DNA from: Candidatus Dadabacteria bacterium
GTDB taxonomy: Bacteria; Desulfobacterota_D; UBA1144; Nemesobacterales; CSP1-2
Direction of reading: 5' to 3'
Length of the DNA: 64,000 nt
Assembly: GCA_963805855.1 (NCBI GenBank)
Contig: CAWDVW010000002.1
Location: 224,001-288,000 of the forward strand
Below, in pieces: positions 50,762-61,427 of this stretch (position 1 is the stretch's first letter; each line of letters opens with the position of its first letter). The notes beneath the pieces are model-generated. The model was not told where the DNA came from, searched no databases, and saw nothing but the letters and a program-made list of their open reading frames with translations. The translations under genes were made by a program, and so were the position numbers.

Positions 50762-50950
50762 GGCTGTCCCCTTGTTGTCATTCCCTAATTCCTTAATAGG
50801 GAATCCATGCTTTTATCTCTGGATCCCCGACTACTGATTTCGGGGATGACATAACGACTAAAACATTTAATTCGACCACAACCCGGACATCCTGAATTTA
50901 TTTCAGGATCTAATTGAGTCCAGAGATGCTGAAACAAGTTCAGCATGACT
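50762..50950. repeat. Second copy of the REPIN-like doublet plus CATCCTGAA/GATGCTGAAACAAGTTCAGCATGAC palindromes
   Basis: Direct comparison with 44483-44605. Confidence 0.85.
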
Positions 50951-51378
50951 GACTATGATATGCATTTTCTTAACGCAATTTTTGGAAGGCCGTTCAAGTC
51001 CTTTTCATACTGAAAACGCTTAAGAAACATAACTCTGATTCACGAAATTGTAAGAATTTTGTCGATGAAATATAGAACATCTACAGCCGTGACAGCATGA
51101 CGCCACGGGTTCGAAAGCCTCGAGTCATTGGTAAAATCCGTGGACGGCACGCTGCGTCTTAGGATAATATTCATTTTTGTGACATCTCGACCCAGCTCAG
51201 TGTGACCGGAATTCGTGGCTTCATTTCGCATGAAAACCCATTGCTTTCCGGCGTCGCCGGGAAACACGATAATGCATCGCCAACTCCTTTATTGCGCAAC
51301 ACATATTATTGAGTAAACTTAGGTGGTTTCTAAAACCCCCGCATAAGATTACACAGATAATTTTCGGAGGATAAAGCA

Positions 51379-52545
51379 ATGCCTTTACTCACTGAGGAGC
51401 ATGAAGAGATCAGAAAGGCTGTGCGCAAGTTCACAGAAGAGGAGGTTGTACCAATAGCCCAGGAGCTTGACCGAAATAACGAGGAGATACCACAGGATAT
51501 CATAAGGAAGATGGCGGAGCTGGGGTACTTCGGCCTCATCTTCCCCCCAGAGTACGACGGCATAGGACTTGACTACATAGCCATGGCAATCGTCGCAGAG
51601 GAACTCAGCCGGGGGTGGCTCAGCGTGGGAAGCGTCATGACGAGGAGCATCATCACGGGAACCTTACTTCTTACTCACGGCACCGAGCGACAGAGAAACA
51701 AATACCTTCCGGGAATCGCGAGGGGAGAGACAATGACCGCTGCCGCCTTCACAGAGCCAGACTCAGGCTCTGACACGGGGGGAATGAAGCTAAGGGCTCG
51801 GAAGACAAAAGGAGGCTATATACTCCACGGGGAGAAGACCTGGTGCACGTTTGCAAACCGTGCACACATCCTCACAGTGCTTGCCCGCACAGACCCCGAC
51901 ATGAGCAAAAGGCACAAGGGGCTGAGCATGTTCCTTGTGGAGAAGGAGGCTGGGGAGAAGATAGACCACCCCAACATATCAGGGCAGCCGATCCCCACAA
52001 TCGGCTACCATGGTATGAGGTCCTACACGCTGAGCTTCGATGAGTGCTTTGTGCCTGAAGAGAACATGATAGGCACTGAGGAGAACAAGGGGTTTTATCA
52101 ACTCATGTCCACTTACGAGTCGGCGAGGATACAGACTGCGGCAAGGGCTGTGGGAGTGGGACAGGCCGCCTTTGAGGCCGCACTCAAGTACTCAAGGGAG
52201 CGTATTCAGTTTGGGCAGCCGATTTGCAACTTTCAGGCAATAAGGTTAAAGCTCTCCGAGATGGCCTCAAGGCTGGAGGCCGCAAGGCAGCTTGTGTACT
52301 ATGCCTGCTCTATGAAGGACACACACAAGAGGTGTGATCTGGAGGCTGGGATGGCAAAGGTAGTGGCTGCAGAGATGGTGGAGTATGTCACGAGGGAGGG
52401 GATGCAGATATTCGGGGGGTACGGATACTCCAAGGAATACCCGGCGGAGAGGTTCTGGAGGGACGGAAGGGTGATAAGTCTTTTTGAGGGGACAACGGAG
52501 ATACAGCACGAGGTCATCGCAAGAAGGCTAATTGAAATGAGTTGA
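51379..52545 (+). CDS. Acyl-CoA dehydrogenase, probably (2S)-methylsuccinyl-CoA dehydrogenase-like
   Basis: AFTEPDSGSD, KTWCT, GYHGM, QLMSTYESARIQTAARAVG and FEGTTEIQ. Clustered with the lyase and mutase genes. Confidence 0.8.
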   Translation: MPLLTEEHEEIRKAVRKFTEEEVVPIAQELDRNNEEIPQDIIRKMAELGYFGLIFPPEYDGIGLDYIAMAIVAEELSRGWLSVGSVMTRSIITGTLLLTHGTERQRNKYLPGIARGETMTAAAFTEPDSGSDTGGMKLRARKTKGGYILHGEKTWCTFANRAHILTVLARTDPDMSKRHKGLSMFLVEKEAGEKIDHPNISGQPIPTIGYHGMRSYTLSFDECFVPEENMIGTEENKGFYQLMSTYESARIQTAARAVGVGQAAFEAALKYSRERIQFGQPICNFQAIRLKLSEMASRLEAARQLVYYACSMKDTHKRCDLEAGMAKVVAAEMVEYVTREGMQIFGGYGYSKEYPAERFWRDGRVISLFEGTTEIQHEVIARRLIEMS

Positions 52546-52614
52546 TACACGATGCAAGATGCACGATACACGATCCAGGATATATCGTGCATCATGAATC
52601 ATGGATCTTGCATC
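52545..52614. repeat. Degenerate 7-bp periodic repeat, two inverted halves
   Basis: gatacacgatgcaagatgcacgatacacgatccagg..tatcgtgcatcatgaatcatggatcttgcatcat. Confidence 0.7.
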
Positions 52615-52640
52615 ATTTCCGAATGAAAGGAGGAAAGAGA

Positions 52641-53681
52641 GTGTTCATACTGGACGAAGGAACAAGGGTTGTGGTACCGAGGACTCAGTTAACATACCCG
52701 GGGCATAATCCAAGACTGCATCAAAACGCCGCAGATCCGACCAAATCCCCGGTGGACCATGTGATGGCAGATCTCGAGGATGCCTGCCCCTATGAGTACA
52801 AGGGGGATAAGAGCAGAGAGGTTATGGTTGAGGCGCTTAACACACTGGACTTCGGTCGGAAGGTGGTCACTGTAAGGCCCAATAACCTTCGCTCGGAGTT
52901 CTTCAGGGGGGATATGGAGGCGGTGATGAGCGGGGCTGTGGACAGGTTTCACGGGGTGATAGTGCCGAAGGTCTGGGGACCGGAGGACATAAGGATGGTT
53001 TCTGATCTCCTGGATGAATTAGAGGCTAAGTACCGGTGGAAGACAAGGGTGGCGATTGAGTCTCTCATAGAGAGACCTCATGCGCTTGAGCACGCATATG
53101 AGATTGCCATTGCATCGGAGAGGATGGCTGGGCTTATATTCGGTATAGCAGACTATGCTGCGGAGCTCGGGGCAGACCCCGATTTACTCCTGGACAGGCA
53201 GAATGAGATCTTCTACTATGAGAAAAAAGCCGTGATCACGGCGGCAAAGGCGGCGGGGCTTCATGCTATTGATAATGTGTACCTCAGGATCTGGAGGAAG
53301 GATGATGGCCAGGAGGTGATAGATGAGATTGAGGAGGGGCTCAGGAGGAAGAATGATGGGGCGGCAGCTATAGGGATGGACGGCACATGGGTGATTCACC
53401 CCCAGCAGATAAGGATATCAAATGAGTGCTATACACCAACCACGAAGCAGATAGAAGAGGCTAAATATCAGCTCGATTTCTATCATGAAATGGGAGGTGG
53501 CTCTATGTTTGATCCGAAGACAGGGCAGATGATAGACGAGGCTACCGCAAAGATAGCGCTTATGAGGGTCTCTAAGGCTTATATGGCTGGCCTGGTAGAT
53601 AAGGAATACGTGGATTCCATGGCCAGCAAAAGTAAATCGATTACAGGCTACGATATCCGCCGCGCAGGGGAGAGACGGTAA
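52641..53681 (+). CDS. CitE/HpcH-family lyase, malyl-CoA/beta-methylmalyl-CoA lyase-like
   Basis: HVMADLEDA, VRPN, IVPKV, FGIADY and GTWVIHPQQI. GTG start after AGGAGG. Confidence 0.8.
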   Translation: MFILDEGTRVVVPRTQLTYPGHNPRLHQNAADPTKSPVDHVMADLEDACPYEYKGDKSREVMVEALNTLDFGRKVVTVRPNNLRSEFFRGDMEAVMSGAVDRFHGVIVPKVWGPEDIRMVSDLLDELEAKYRWKTRVAIESLIERPHALEHAYEIAIASERMAGLIFGIADYAAELGADPDLLLDRQNEIFYYEKKAVITAAKAAGLHAIDNVYLRIWRKDDGQEVIDEIEEGLRRKNDGAAAIGMDGTWVIHPQQIRISNECYTPTTKQIEEAKYQLDFYHEMGGGSMFDPKTGQMIDEATAKIALMRVSKAYMAGLVDKEYVDSMASKSKSITGYDIRRAGERR

Positions 53682-54002
53682 AAACTTCAGAAATATCTAA
53701 AGCGTCAAAAACATTAACCCAAAAAATACCCATACCAGAGGACGAAAACATAAAATCCTTTCCCGACGATAACCATTTCAGCCTTCGGAATAAAAATAGT
53801 TAATTTTACGATTCGACTCCTAACATCTAAGATCATCGGCTAATTTGGCCGAAGGCCTCTCATATTGATCCGGTAGATTTAATAATTACCTGGCTCTCTG
53901 CTTTGCTTTTTATTTTTACTTCTCATTGAATCGGAATTACAATCCTATTTAGTTTTATTTAAAATCAATATACATTCAGACTTTTCCGCCTTTATTATTT
54001 AT

Positions 54003-54206
54003 TCAATATCTGATGTAAAATGGTAATGCTATTAAAACTAAACCAATTAGTATGAGTAAAACGATATTTGATATAAAATAAGGGAAAGCGCAGAGTGCTA
54101 TCCCCGAAAGTAACGCGATCCCCTTTTGTTGTCTTCTAGCATATACCACATAGCCGAATCCAATAGCACCATATAACACACCAAACACCAGCGAAGTAGT
54201 ATTCAT
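54003..54206 (-). CDS. Small membrane protein
   Basis: FGVLYGAIGFGYVVYARRQ and CAFPYFI, with three hydrophobic segments. Confidence 0.75.
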   Translation of the reverse strand: MNTTSLVFGVLYGAIGFGYVVYARRQQKGIALLSGIALCAFPYFISNIVLLILIGLVLIALPFYIRY

Positions 54207-54488
54207 TAATACGAATTCTCCAGTTCATATTTTATCCTGATTTTATTTAGCCACATAACATTAAATTTTACATATGATACTATTTTATCGGGATCATATA
54301 TACAAAAGAAGTTCGCAGAATCATCCAAACATGGAGTCTTATAGCAGGAATTGTTGCAGCTTTGTTCCTTCTTGGGGGAATAATTGAAGGTGGATTCGTT
54401 AGTGAATAGGTTGGAAAACCATACGTATCTCAGATAAAATTGTAGGGGTAATTACTGAATTGCTCCCATACTTATCAAGGTTCAATTT

Positions 54489-56486
54489 ATGTCTTTAAAA
54501 CCCAAGGAACAGCCGAAAAAACGAGTGAAAGACAAACCATGGATAATGAGGACATACGCCGGACACACGACGGCAAGATCCTCAAATGAGTTATTTAGAA
54601 AGAATCTGTCAAAGGGTCAGACCGGCCTAAGCGTTGCATTCGATCTTCCCACCCAGACTGGATATGACTCCGACCATCCGCTGGCCGAAGGAGAGGTCGG
54701 AAAGGTAGGGGTTCCAATCTGCCACGTCGAGGATATGGAAACCCTATTTGAACAGATCCCGATAGAAACCATGAATACCTCTATGACGATTAATGCGACT
54801 GCGGCCTGGCTCCTCTCTCTATACATTGCAATTGCGGAAAAACGTGGAGTGGACATATCATCGCTACAGGGAACCACTCAAAATGATATATTAAAAGAAT
54901 ATCTGTCTCGCGGCACACATGTCTTTCCGCCAATCCCCTCGATGCGACTAACCTCTGACATGATTACCTTCACATATGAGAAAGTGCCCAAATGGAATCC
55001 CATAAACATTTGTAGCTACCACCTACAGGAGGCCGGAGCGACCCCGGTCCAGGAGATTGCATTTACTCTTGCCAACGCAATTGCCGTGCTCGATAAAACC
55101 CGCGAAAGCGGACAGATATCCGCACAAAGATTCCCAGATGTTGTCGGACGCATTTCTTTCTTCGTAAATGCAGGGATTAGATTCGTCGAAGAGGTCTGTA
55201 AAATGTTGGCTTTCACCGAGTTGTGGGACGATATCACGCGTAACCGTTATGGTGTCGAAGACGACAAATTAAGACGTTTTCGGTATGGTGTTCAGGTAAA
55301 TTCATTGGGCCTTCCCGCTAATCAACCGGAGAATAACGTGGCAAGGATAATACTGGAAATGCTTGCCGTAACATTAAGCAAGCATTCTAGAGCCAGGGCT
55401 ATTCAGCTTCCTGCCTGGAATGAGGCGCTTGGACTTCCGCGGCCCTGGGATCAGCAATGGTCGCTTAGATTTCAGCAGATTTTAGCCTTTGAAACGGACT
55501 TGCTCGAATATCCCGACATTTTTGAAGGCTCAGAGGTCATAAAAAACAAGGTAAATTCGCTGAAAGAACAATCCCTCAAAGAGATAGAAAGGGTAGAGAA
55601 AATGGGGGGTGCACTTGAAGCTATTGATTATATGAAAAAGGCCCTGGTTTATTCACATGCTGAACGCGTTCGCGCGATTGAGTCCGGAGAAATAAAAATA
55701 GTCGGCGTTAATTGCTTTACAGAAACGGAGCCATCGCCGCTCGTGGAGTCAGTCGATAAATCGATTCAGAAGGTAGATAGTGTTATTGTGAAAGAACAAA
55801 TAGACAGGCTCCGTGCCTTCAGGAGAAAAAGGAAGAAAAAGGATGTCGAAATCGCGCTTAAAACTCTGAGAAACGCCGCCGCAAACAATAATAATATAAT
55901 GCCCGCATCGATCAATTGCGCCCACGCTGGGGTCACAACCGGAGAGTGGACAGACACACTCAGGTCTGTATTCGGTGAATACAGGGCGCCAACAGGAACA
56001 TCCATCAGGATTCGTGAGGATTCTGAGGAAATTAGAGATATTAGAAATGATGCGAACGAAGTACGGCATAAATTGGGAAGACCGATTAAATTCCTGATTG
56101 GCAAACCAGGACTGGACGGTCACTCCAACGGTGCCGAACAGATTGCCGTCCGAGCTCGGGACGTCGGGATGGAAGTTCTCTACCAGGGCATAAGGCTAAC
56201 ACCTGAACAGATTGTAAGCACTGTTGAGCAAGAAAATGTCGATATTATCGGACTGAGCATACTTTCTGGTTCTCATGACACATTAATTCCAAAGATCCTA
56301 ACCAGACTGAAAGAAAAGGGTCTCGAAGAGATACCAATTGTCGTGGGAGGCATCATTCCTGAGGATGATGCCAGATACCTACGAAAGGCTGGTATAAAAA
56401 GGGTTTATACTCCAAAGGACTTTTCACTCAATCAAATAATGAGGGATATAATTGAAATCGTAAAAGGATCAAGTCAACACTATTAG
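54489..56486 (+). CDS. meaA: Ethylmalonyl-CoA mutase (MeaA), B12-dependent
   Basis: KDKPWIMRTYAGH, GQTGLSVAFDLPTQTGYD, NICSYHLQEAGA, QLPAWNEALGLP and KPGLDGHSNGAEQIA. Confidence 0.92.
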   Translation: MSLKPKEQPKKRVKDKPWIMRTYAGHTTARSSNELFRKNLSKGQTGLSVAFDLPTQTGYDSDHPLAEGEVGKVGVPICHVEDMETLFEQIPIETMNTSMTINATAAWLLSLYIAIAEKRGVDISSLQGTTQNDILKEYLSRGTHVFPPIPSMRLTSDMITFTYEKVPKWNPINICSYHLQEAGATPVQEIAFTLANAIAVLDKTRESGQISAQRFPDVVGRISFFVNAGIRFVEEVCKMLAFTELWDDITRNRYGVEDDKLRRFRYGVQVNSLGLPANQPENNVARIILEMLAVTLSKHSRARAIQLPAWNEALGLPRPWDQQWSLRFQQILAFETDLLEYPDIFEGSEVIKNKVNSLKEQSLKEIERVEKMGGALEAIDYMKKALVYSHAERVRAIESGEIKIVGVNCFTETEPSPLVESVDKSIQKVDSVIVKEQIDRLRAFRRKRKKKDVEIALKTLRNAAANNNNIMPASINCAHAGVTTGEWTDTLRSVFGEYRAPTGTSIRIREDSEEIRDIRNDANEVRHKLGRPIKFLIGKPGLDGHSNGAEQIAVRARDVGMEVLYQGIRLTPEQIVSTVEQENVDIIGLSILSGSHDTLIPKILTRLKEKGLEEIPIVVGGIIPEDDARYLRKAGIKRVYTPKDFSLNQIMRDIIEIVKGSSQHY

Positions 56487-56590
56487 AATCACCCTTTTTA
56501 AACTCCCATTATTCTGAAAGCCTTGTTAAGAGATCTAATAGCGGGATTTTATGTGAGAGATTTAACTAAGGAAAATTGCAAGAGTTGCCT

Positions 56591-57226
56591 TTATTCTTTA
56601 AGGCGGGTTGGTCTGCTGTAATTGCCCTCGAGGAACATCTGGCTAGCCGGGTCCTCCGGTTTTCCCCTTCGTTTTTTCTCAAACTCTTCCTCCATTTTAG
56701 TTTGACTCAATGGCTCATAGGTATATGCTATCTTAAAAATGTCACTATTCTGATCAGCGCTAAAAACTATCTTAACTCTTGGCTGCCGCCAAGTCCAAGT
56801 CATAAAATTCAAGACTTTTTCCTGACTGGCAGTCTCCCCATAACTATCGCTTAAAACTTTGTAAAGCTTATTTGCCATTTCATTGCGACTCAAAAAGTCG
56901 GCAGATTCAAGGATCAGTGTTGACGTCATCAGTTCGTCATCATAGAACTCAAGCTGGGTAAGGCTCTGAGACTCAGGGACATTTAACGGAATCTCCTCGA
57001 TGGTACCTTGAATCAATATCATCCTTATATCTTTTGAATCGACAGTATTCTCCAGAATTTTCTTTCCTTTTGACTCTATAACCTGCATTGCTTGCTTCTT
57101 AGAGATCCCGAAATTAAACCCCAGTGCAGAGCTACTATCAAAGTCCTCTTTTGCGTTTGAATAAAAGGATGGTGTAAGTAAAATCAATACTAAGATTATA
57201 AAGGAAGATATTCTATCAAAATTCAT
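56591..57226 (-). CDS. Hypothetical exported protein
   Basis: Signal peptide and GFNFGIS. 211-aa ORF. Confidence 0.65.
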   Translation of the reverse strand: MNFDRISSFIILVLILLTPSFYSNAKEDFDSSSALGFNFGISKKQAMQVIESKGKKILENTVDSKDIRMILIQGTIEEIPLNVPESQSLTQLEFYDDELMTSTLILESADFLSRNEMANKLYKVLSDSYGETASQEKVLNFMTWTWRQPRVKIVFSADQNSDIFKIAYTYEPLSQTKMEEEFEKKRRGKPEDPASQMFLEGNYSRPTRLKE

Positions 57227-57501
57227 TCTTACTCTTATAAATCAGCTTGATTTTGCGCATTTGCTGTTAATCAATTCTATTATAAAACATTATCAAAGTT
57301 TGCAGGAAAATCAAGTAAGATGCACTCTTACTAATAAGGGCGCTCTAATTAACGACCCAATATAAACGAGCAAAATAAACTCGACGCTATAATTGGCGTT
57401 TGATACAGAGCTATACAAGTCACATAATGAATGTAAAATAGTAAACGAATACCAAAGCATACTCAGAAAACACACTTCAAGGATTCGGCATTCGTTAAAA
57501 A

Positions 57502-57963
57502 ATGAAAACTATAATAGGTATCATTGGAGTATCTCAAGCCTCAGATGAAGAGTACAGCGCCGCTCAGGAAGTAGGAGTAGAAATAGCAAAAAGAGACGGA
57601 ATAGTTGTGTGCGGCGGCTTAGGCGGAGTCATGGAGGCCGCTTGCAGGGGCGCAAAATCAGAGCATGGGCTGACCGTAGGGATAATTCCCGGGTTCAGCA
57701 GGCACGAAGCTAATCCATACATTGATATACCAATAGTTACCGGTATGAGTCATGCACGAAACATTATTGTTGTTCGCACAAGTAGTGCTATAATAGCAAT
57801 AGGTGGAAGTTACGGAACACTTTCTGAAATCGCTTTGGCATTGAAGTTAGGAATTCCTACAATAGGAATTAAAACCTGGGATGTATCATCGGAGATCAAA
57901 AAAGTCTCAAGTCCCAAAGAAGCTGTGGATATGGCTTTTGATCTCGTTCGCTCTCTGGGGTAA
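57502..57963 (+). CDS. TIGR00725 / LOG-like Rossmann protein
   Basis: CGGLGGVMEAACRG, VTGMSHARN and GGSYGTLSE. Confidence 0.9.
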   Translation: MKTIIGIIGVSQASDEEYSAAQEVGVEIAKRDGIVVCGGLGGVMEAACRGAKSEHGLTVGIIPGFSRHEANPYIDIPIVTGMSHARNIIVVRTSSAIIAIGGSYGTLSEIALALKLGIPTIGIKTWDVSSEIKKVSSPKEAVDMAFDLVRSLG

Positions 57964-58588
57964 TGAAGCCTGTACCCGGCACCCCAAAGTCTCGGTTCCC
58001 CCTCCGATCAGCATTCAAAAATGTGTAAAGGGAAACCAGCACTTCGTAGAAGCTAGAAAAATTCATTACGTTAAAAAGCAAGAAACCCTTTTCCAGATAT
58101 CAAACATATACGGAATACCCGTTGAAAAAATAGCGATCGCAAATGGTATCAAAGATCCGTCCCAGATATCTGTAGGTCAGGCAATTGTTATCCCCGCAAA
58201 TGCTTACTCAAATATAATATGGCCAGTCAGAGGTAACATTTCCTCTTATTATGGTAATCGGCAAGGTCGCGGGTTTCATACAGGAATCGACATCGCCGCG
58301 TCCAAAGGAACGCCCATCAAGGCGGTTGCAGACGGATTGGTAATCGCGAGCGGAAAAGGACTTGACGGATTCTCTAAATATGGAAGGATTGTAATCCTAG
58401 ATCATGGCAACGGCGTAAGAACCATCTACGCGCATAATAAGAAGAATAATGTAAGGTCAGGCTCGTGCATAAGAACGGGTGATGTAATAGGCGAAGTGGG
58501 AAACAGTGGAAACGCAACGGGTCCTCATTTACACTTCGAGATACGAAAATACGGAGACCCACTTAACCCAATACTCTATCTGCCATAA
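57881..58588 (+). CDS. LysM and M23 metallopeptidase (NlpD-like)
   Basis: HYVKKQETLFQIS (LysM), HTGID, YAH and GPHLHFEIR. Start uncertain. Confidence 0.88.
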   Translation: MYHRRSKKSQVPKKLWIWLLISFALWGNEACTRHPKVSVPPPISIQKCVKGNQHFVEARKIHYVKKQETLFQISNIYGIPVEKIAIANGIKDPSQISVGQAIVIPANAYSNIIWPVRGNISSYYGNRQGRGFHTGIDIAASKGTPIKAVADGLVIASGKGLDGFSKYGRIVILDHGNGVRTIYAHNKKNNVRSGSCIRTGDVIGEVGNSGNATGPHLHFEIRKYGDPLNPILYLP

Positions 58589-58600
58589 GGAGACAAAAAT

Positions 58601-59122
58601 TTGGAAAACCTAAAACAATATATCAGAAGTGTCAAGGATTATCCCAAGGAGGGAATTATCTTTCACGATATAACACCGCTCCTACAGAATCCAAAAGCCT
58701 TTGGTCAGGCGATAGACGCCATGGCCGAAGCACTAATTGATAAAAAAGTTGAATACCTAATCGGGGTCGAAGCGAGGGGTTTTATATTCGCTTCCGCTCT
58801 TGCGTATAAACTCGGGATCGGTCTGGTTATCGTCAGAAAGCTCGGCAAACTCCCGTTTCACACCATTAATGCTTCCTATGACCTCGAATACGGAAAGGAC
58901 ATTCTGGAAGTACATAAGGATGCGATATCTGGTGGCAGTAAGGTAGTCCTGGTTGACGACCTCTTGGCTACCGGAGGTACCTCTGCCGCCGTGGGAGAGC
59001 TGGTAAAAAAACTCGGTGGTGAAATAGTCGGATATTTATTTCTGGTAGAACTCACTGAGCTCAATGGCAGACAAAAACTAAACCCACAACCCGTATGGTC
59101 CGTTATGCAATTTCCGGCATGA
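58601..59122 (+). CDS. apt: Adenine phosphoribosyltransferase
   Basis: DYPKEGIIFHDIT, EARGF, YDLEYG and VDDLLATGGT. Confidence 0.95.
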   Translation: MENLKQYIRSVKDYPKEGIIFHDITPLLQNPKAFGQAIDAMAEALIDKKVEYLIGVEARGFIFASALAYKLGIGLVIVRKLGKLPFHTINASYDLEYGKDILEVHKDAISGGSKVVLVDDLLATGGTSAAVGELVKKLGGEIVGYLFLVELTELNGRQKLNPQPVWSVMQFPA

Positions 59123-60081
59123 AACCAATAGGATGTTTATTCAATCCATTTGCTAAATTAAACAAGAAGCAAACAAAGAAGCAAATACGAGACATAGAAA
59201 CAATAATAGGCAAATATGGATTGCTTCGTTCAACCGAGAGCAGTGACAAAATACCAGATGTTGTAGAAGAATTTCACAAAAAAGGGATAAAGATCCTTTG
59301 TATTAGTGGCGGCGATGGTACAATAAGCTCTGTAATTAGTCAGTACATCAATTATTGTGGAGCGGAAAACACACCTCTAATAGTACCCCTTAGAGGCGGG
59401 ACGATGAATTTTATTGCCGCGGACGCTGGGCTATCATTCGATCAAAAAGCAGTTTGTCATAAAGTGATTCAACTCATAAGGAGCAATGAGCAGTTAATGA
59501 GTATAGAACGTGGATTAATCAAGGTTACCGATCCAGCGCTCAGTCAGCCGTATTACACGTTCACCTGGGCCGATGGCTTCATTTACAGATTCATGAAGTG
59601 GTACTACAAAGAGGGAGGCGGTACCTACGTTGCCTTAAAACTTATGTTGAAAGCATACTTCATCTACCTTAGGAATGGGAACCATGATCTCTTTAGACAG
59701 GAAGATTCCTGTGTTTATATCGATGACAAAAGAGTTCATTTTGCTAACCACCTTTTTATAATAGCAGCGACCGTGAACAGATTAGTGCTTGGGTTCAGAG
59801 GATTTTCAGAACAACCAAAGCCAGGAGAAAGATTTAACATATTATATTTGAGGCTCCCCTACTTCAAAAAGGTTATTTATAAACTGCCAATAGGATTTTA
59901 TTGGGGGCTGAATTCCGATAAGTCGGGAAATTTCTTAAACCTATCAGCTCACTCTATCAAAATAGAAAGTAACAGAGGTTATATTATTGACGGGGAAGTT
60001 ATAGATACGGAGAAACCAATTGATATAAAACTTGAAATGGGACCAAAAATAAAGATACTCTCGTTAAAAGGAAATACCTGA
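59119..60081 (+). CDS. Diacylglycerol/lipid kinase family protein
   Basis: FNP, GGDGT, GGTMN and IDGE. ATGA overlap with apt. Confidence 0.85.
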   Translation: MKPIGCLFNPFAKLNKKQTKKQIRDIETIIGKYGLLRSTESSDKIPDVVEEFHKKGIKILCISGGDGTISSVISQYINYCGAENTPLIVPLRGGTMNFIAADAGLSFDQKAVCHKVIQLIRSNEQLMSIERGLIKVTDPALSQPYYTFTWADGFIYRFMKWYYKEGGGTYVALKLMLKAYFIYLRNGNHDLFRQEDSCVYIDDKRVHFANHLFIIAATVNRLVLGFRGFSEQPKPGERFNILYLRLPYFKKVIYKLPIGFYWGLNSDKSGNFLNLSAHSIKIESNRGYIIDGEVIDTEKPIDIKLEMGPKIKILSLKGNT

Positions 60082-60130
60082 CGAGTCTTAAAACCAAAAC
60101 TTAACAGATTTGGGATAAATTTTTTAAACT

Positions 60131-61237
60131 GTGATGGAAAAGGTTTTAGTAAAACTTAAGAAAACAGAGGATAAGTCATACGAAATATTAATTGGGAGAA
60201 ATATTCTAAAGAATATACCAACAGAATTAAAGAAGATTAGACTGGCGCATTCATACGCAATAATATCAGATTCAAATGTAGCAAATATATATGGGAAGAA
60301 GCTTCTCGATCAATTCATAAAATCAGGACTGAAAACACATCTCATCTATTTCCCGGCTGGGGAGATCAACAAAAACAGGGGAACCAAGGTTATTTTAGAG
60401 AACAAAATGCTAAGACTGGGACTCGCAAGAGATTCAGCCATAATAGCATTAGGCGGGGGCGTAGTTGGTGATGTTGCAGGATTTGTAGCAGCAACCTACA
60501 ATAGAGGAATCCCTTACATCCAAACCCCTACTACACTTGTAGCATGCGTCGATAGCTCGATCGGCGGGAAAACAGGCATCGATACGCCTTACGGCAAAAA
60601 CTTAATTGGAGCCTTCCATCAGCCCTACAGTGTCTACGTCGACGTTGACACACTGGCCACGTTAGAAAAGAAGGAAATACGTGAAGGCCTTGCAGAGATA
60701 ATAAAATACGGTGTGATAATTGATGAAACACTCTTTCGATTAGTTGAAAATCAGATTGATCAAATATTTTCTTACAATCCAGAATTACTCATATCAATAA
60801 TTAAGAGATGCTGTGAAATAAAGGGGAGTATTGTAGAAAGAGATGAACGAGAATCAAACCTCAGAAAAATACTCAACTTCGGCCACACCGTTGGCCACGC
60901 AATTGAGAAACTATACAATTATAAGATGACTCATGGAGAAGCAATATCAATTGGAATGATCATTGAAGGAAAGATAGCACTTAACTTAGGGGTCTTGGAC
61001 AGGGACAGTCTTGACCGACTAGTCAGCCTCTTAAGGAAAGCCGGACTCCCGACAAGGTTGCCAAAAACGCCTGATGTAGAAATGATGATTGATACAATGA
61101 AACTCGACAAAAAGGCACGCGGCGGAGATATAGAAATGGTCCTACCGAGCAAGATCGGTGAAATGTCCGACTCCGATGGAAAATTCGCCATTAGAATTAA
61201 AAAGGATTTAATATATGATTCGCTAGAGCAAAACTAG
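60131..61237 (+). CDS. aroB: 3-dehydroquinate synthase
   Basis: GGGVVGD, PTTL..DSSIGGKTG, KNLIGAF, LNFGHTVGHA and HGEA. Confidence 0.96.
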   Translation: MMEKVLVKLKKTEDKSYEILIGRNILKNIPTELKKIRLAHSYAIISDSNVANIYGKKLLDQFIKSGLKTHLIYFPAGEINKNRGTKVILENKMLRLGLARDSAIIALGGGVVGDVAGFVAATYNRGIPYIQTPTTLVACVDSSIGGKTGIDTPYGKNLIGAFHQPYSVYVDVDTLATLEKKEIREGLAEIIKYGVIIDETLFRLVENQIDQIFSYNPELLISIIKRCCEIKGSIVERDERESNLRKILNFGHTVGHAIEKLYNYKMTHGEAISIGMIIEGKIALNLGVLDRDSLDRLVSLLRKAGLPTRLPKTPDVEMMIDTMKLDKKARGGDIEMVLPSKIGEMSDSDGKFAIRIKKDLIYDSLEQN

Positions 61238-61427
61238 CAACAGATTGTCCCTTAACTACTGAACCATTCCTCTTGAGATAATGATGGGCTTTTTCTTGGA
61301 GAATCAGAGAGTGAAAATATCTGAAGCAACCTCCGGTCTCTAGAATCTAAAAATGGGCCTAACAGTCATTGCATATCGGTAATCCTGTAGCAAGCTAAAG
61401 GGAAGTTGCTATTAAGTATCACCCAAG

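Noticed and set aside
54300-54488. Cobalamin riboswitch upstream of the B12-dependent mutase
   Set aside because: No recognisable B12-box or conserved core by eye. An Rfam scan would settle it.
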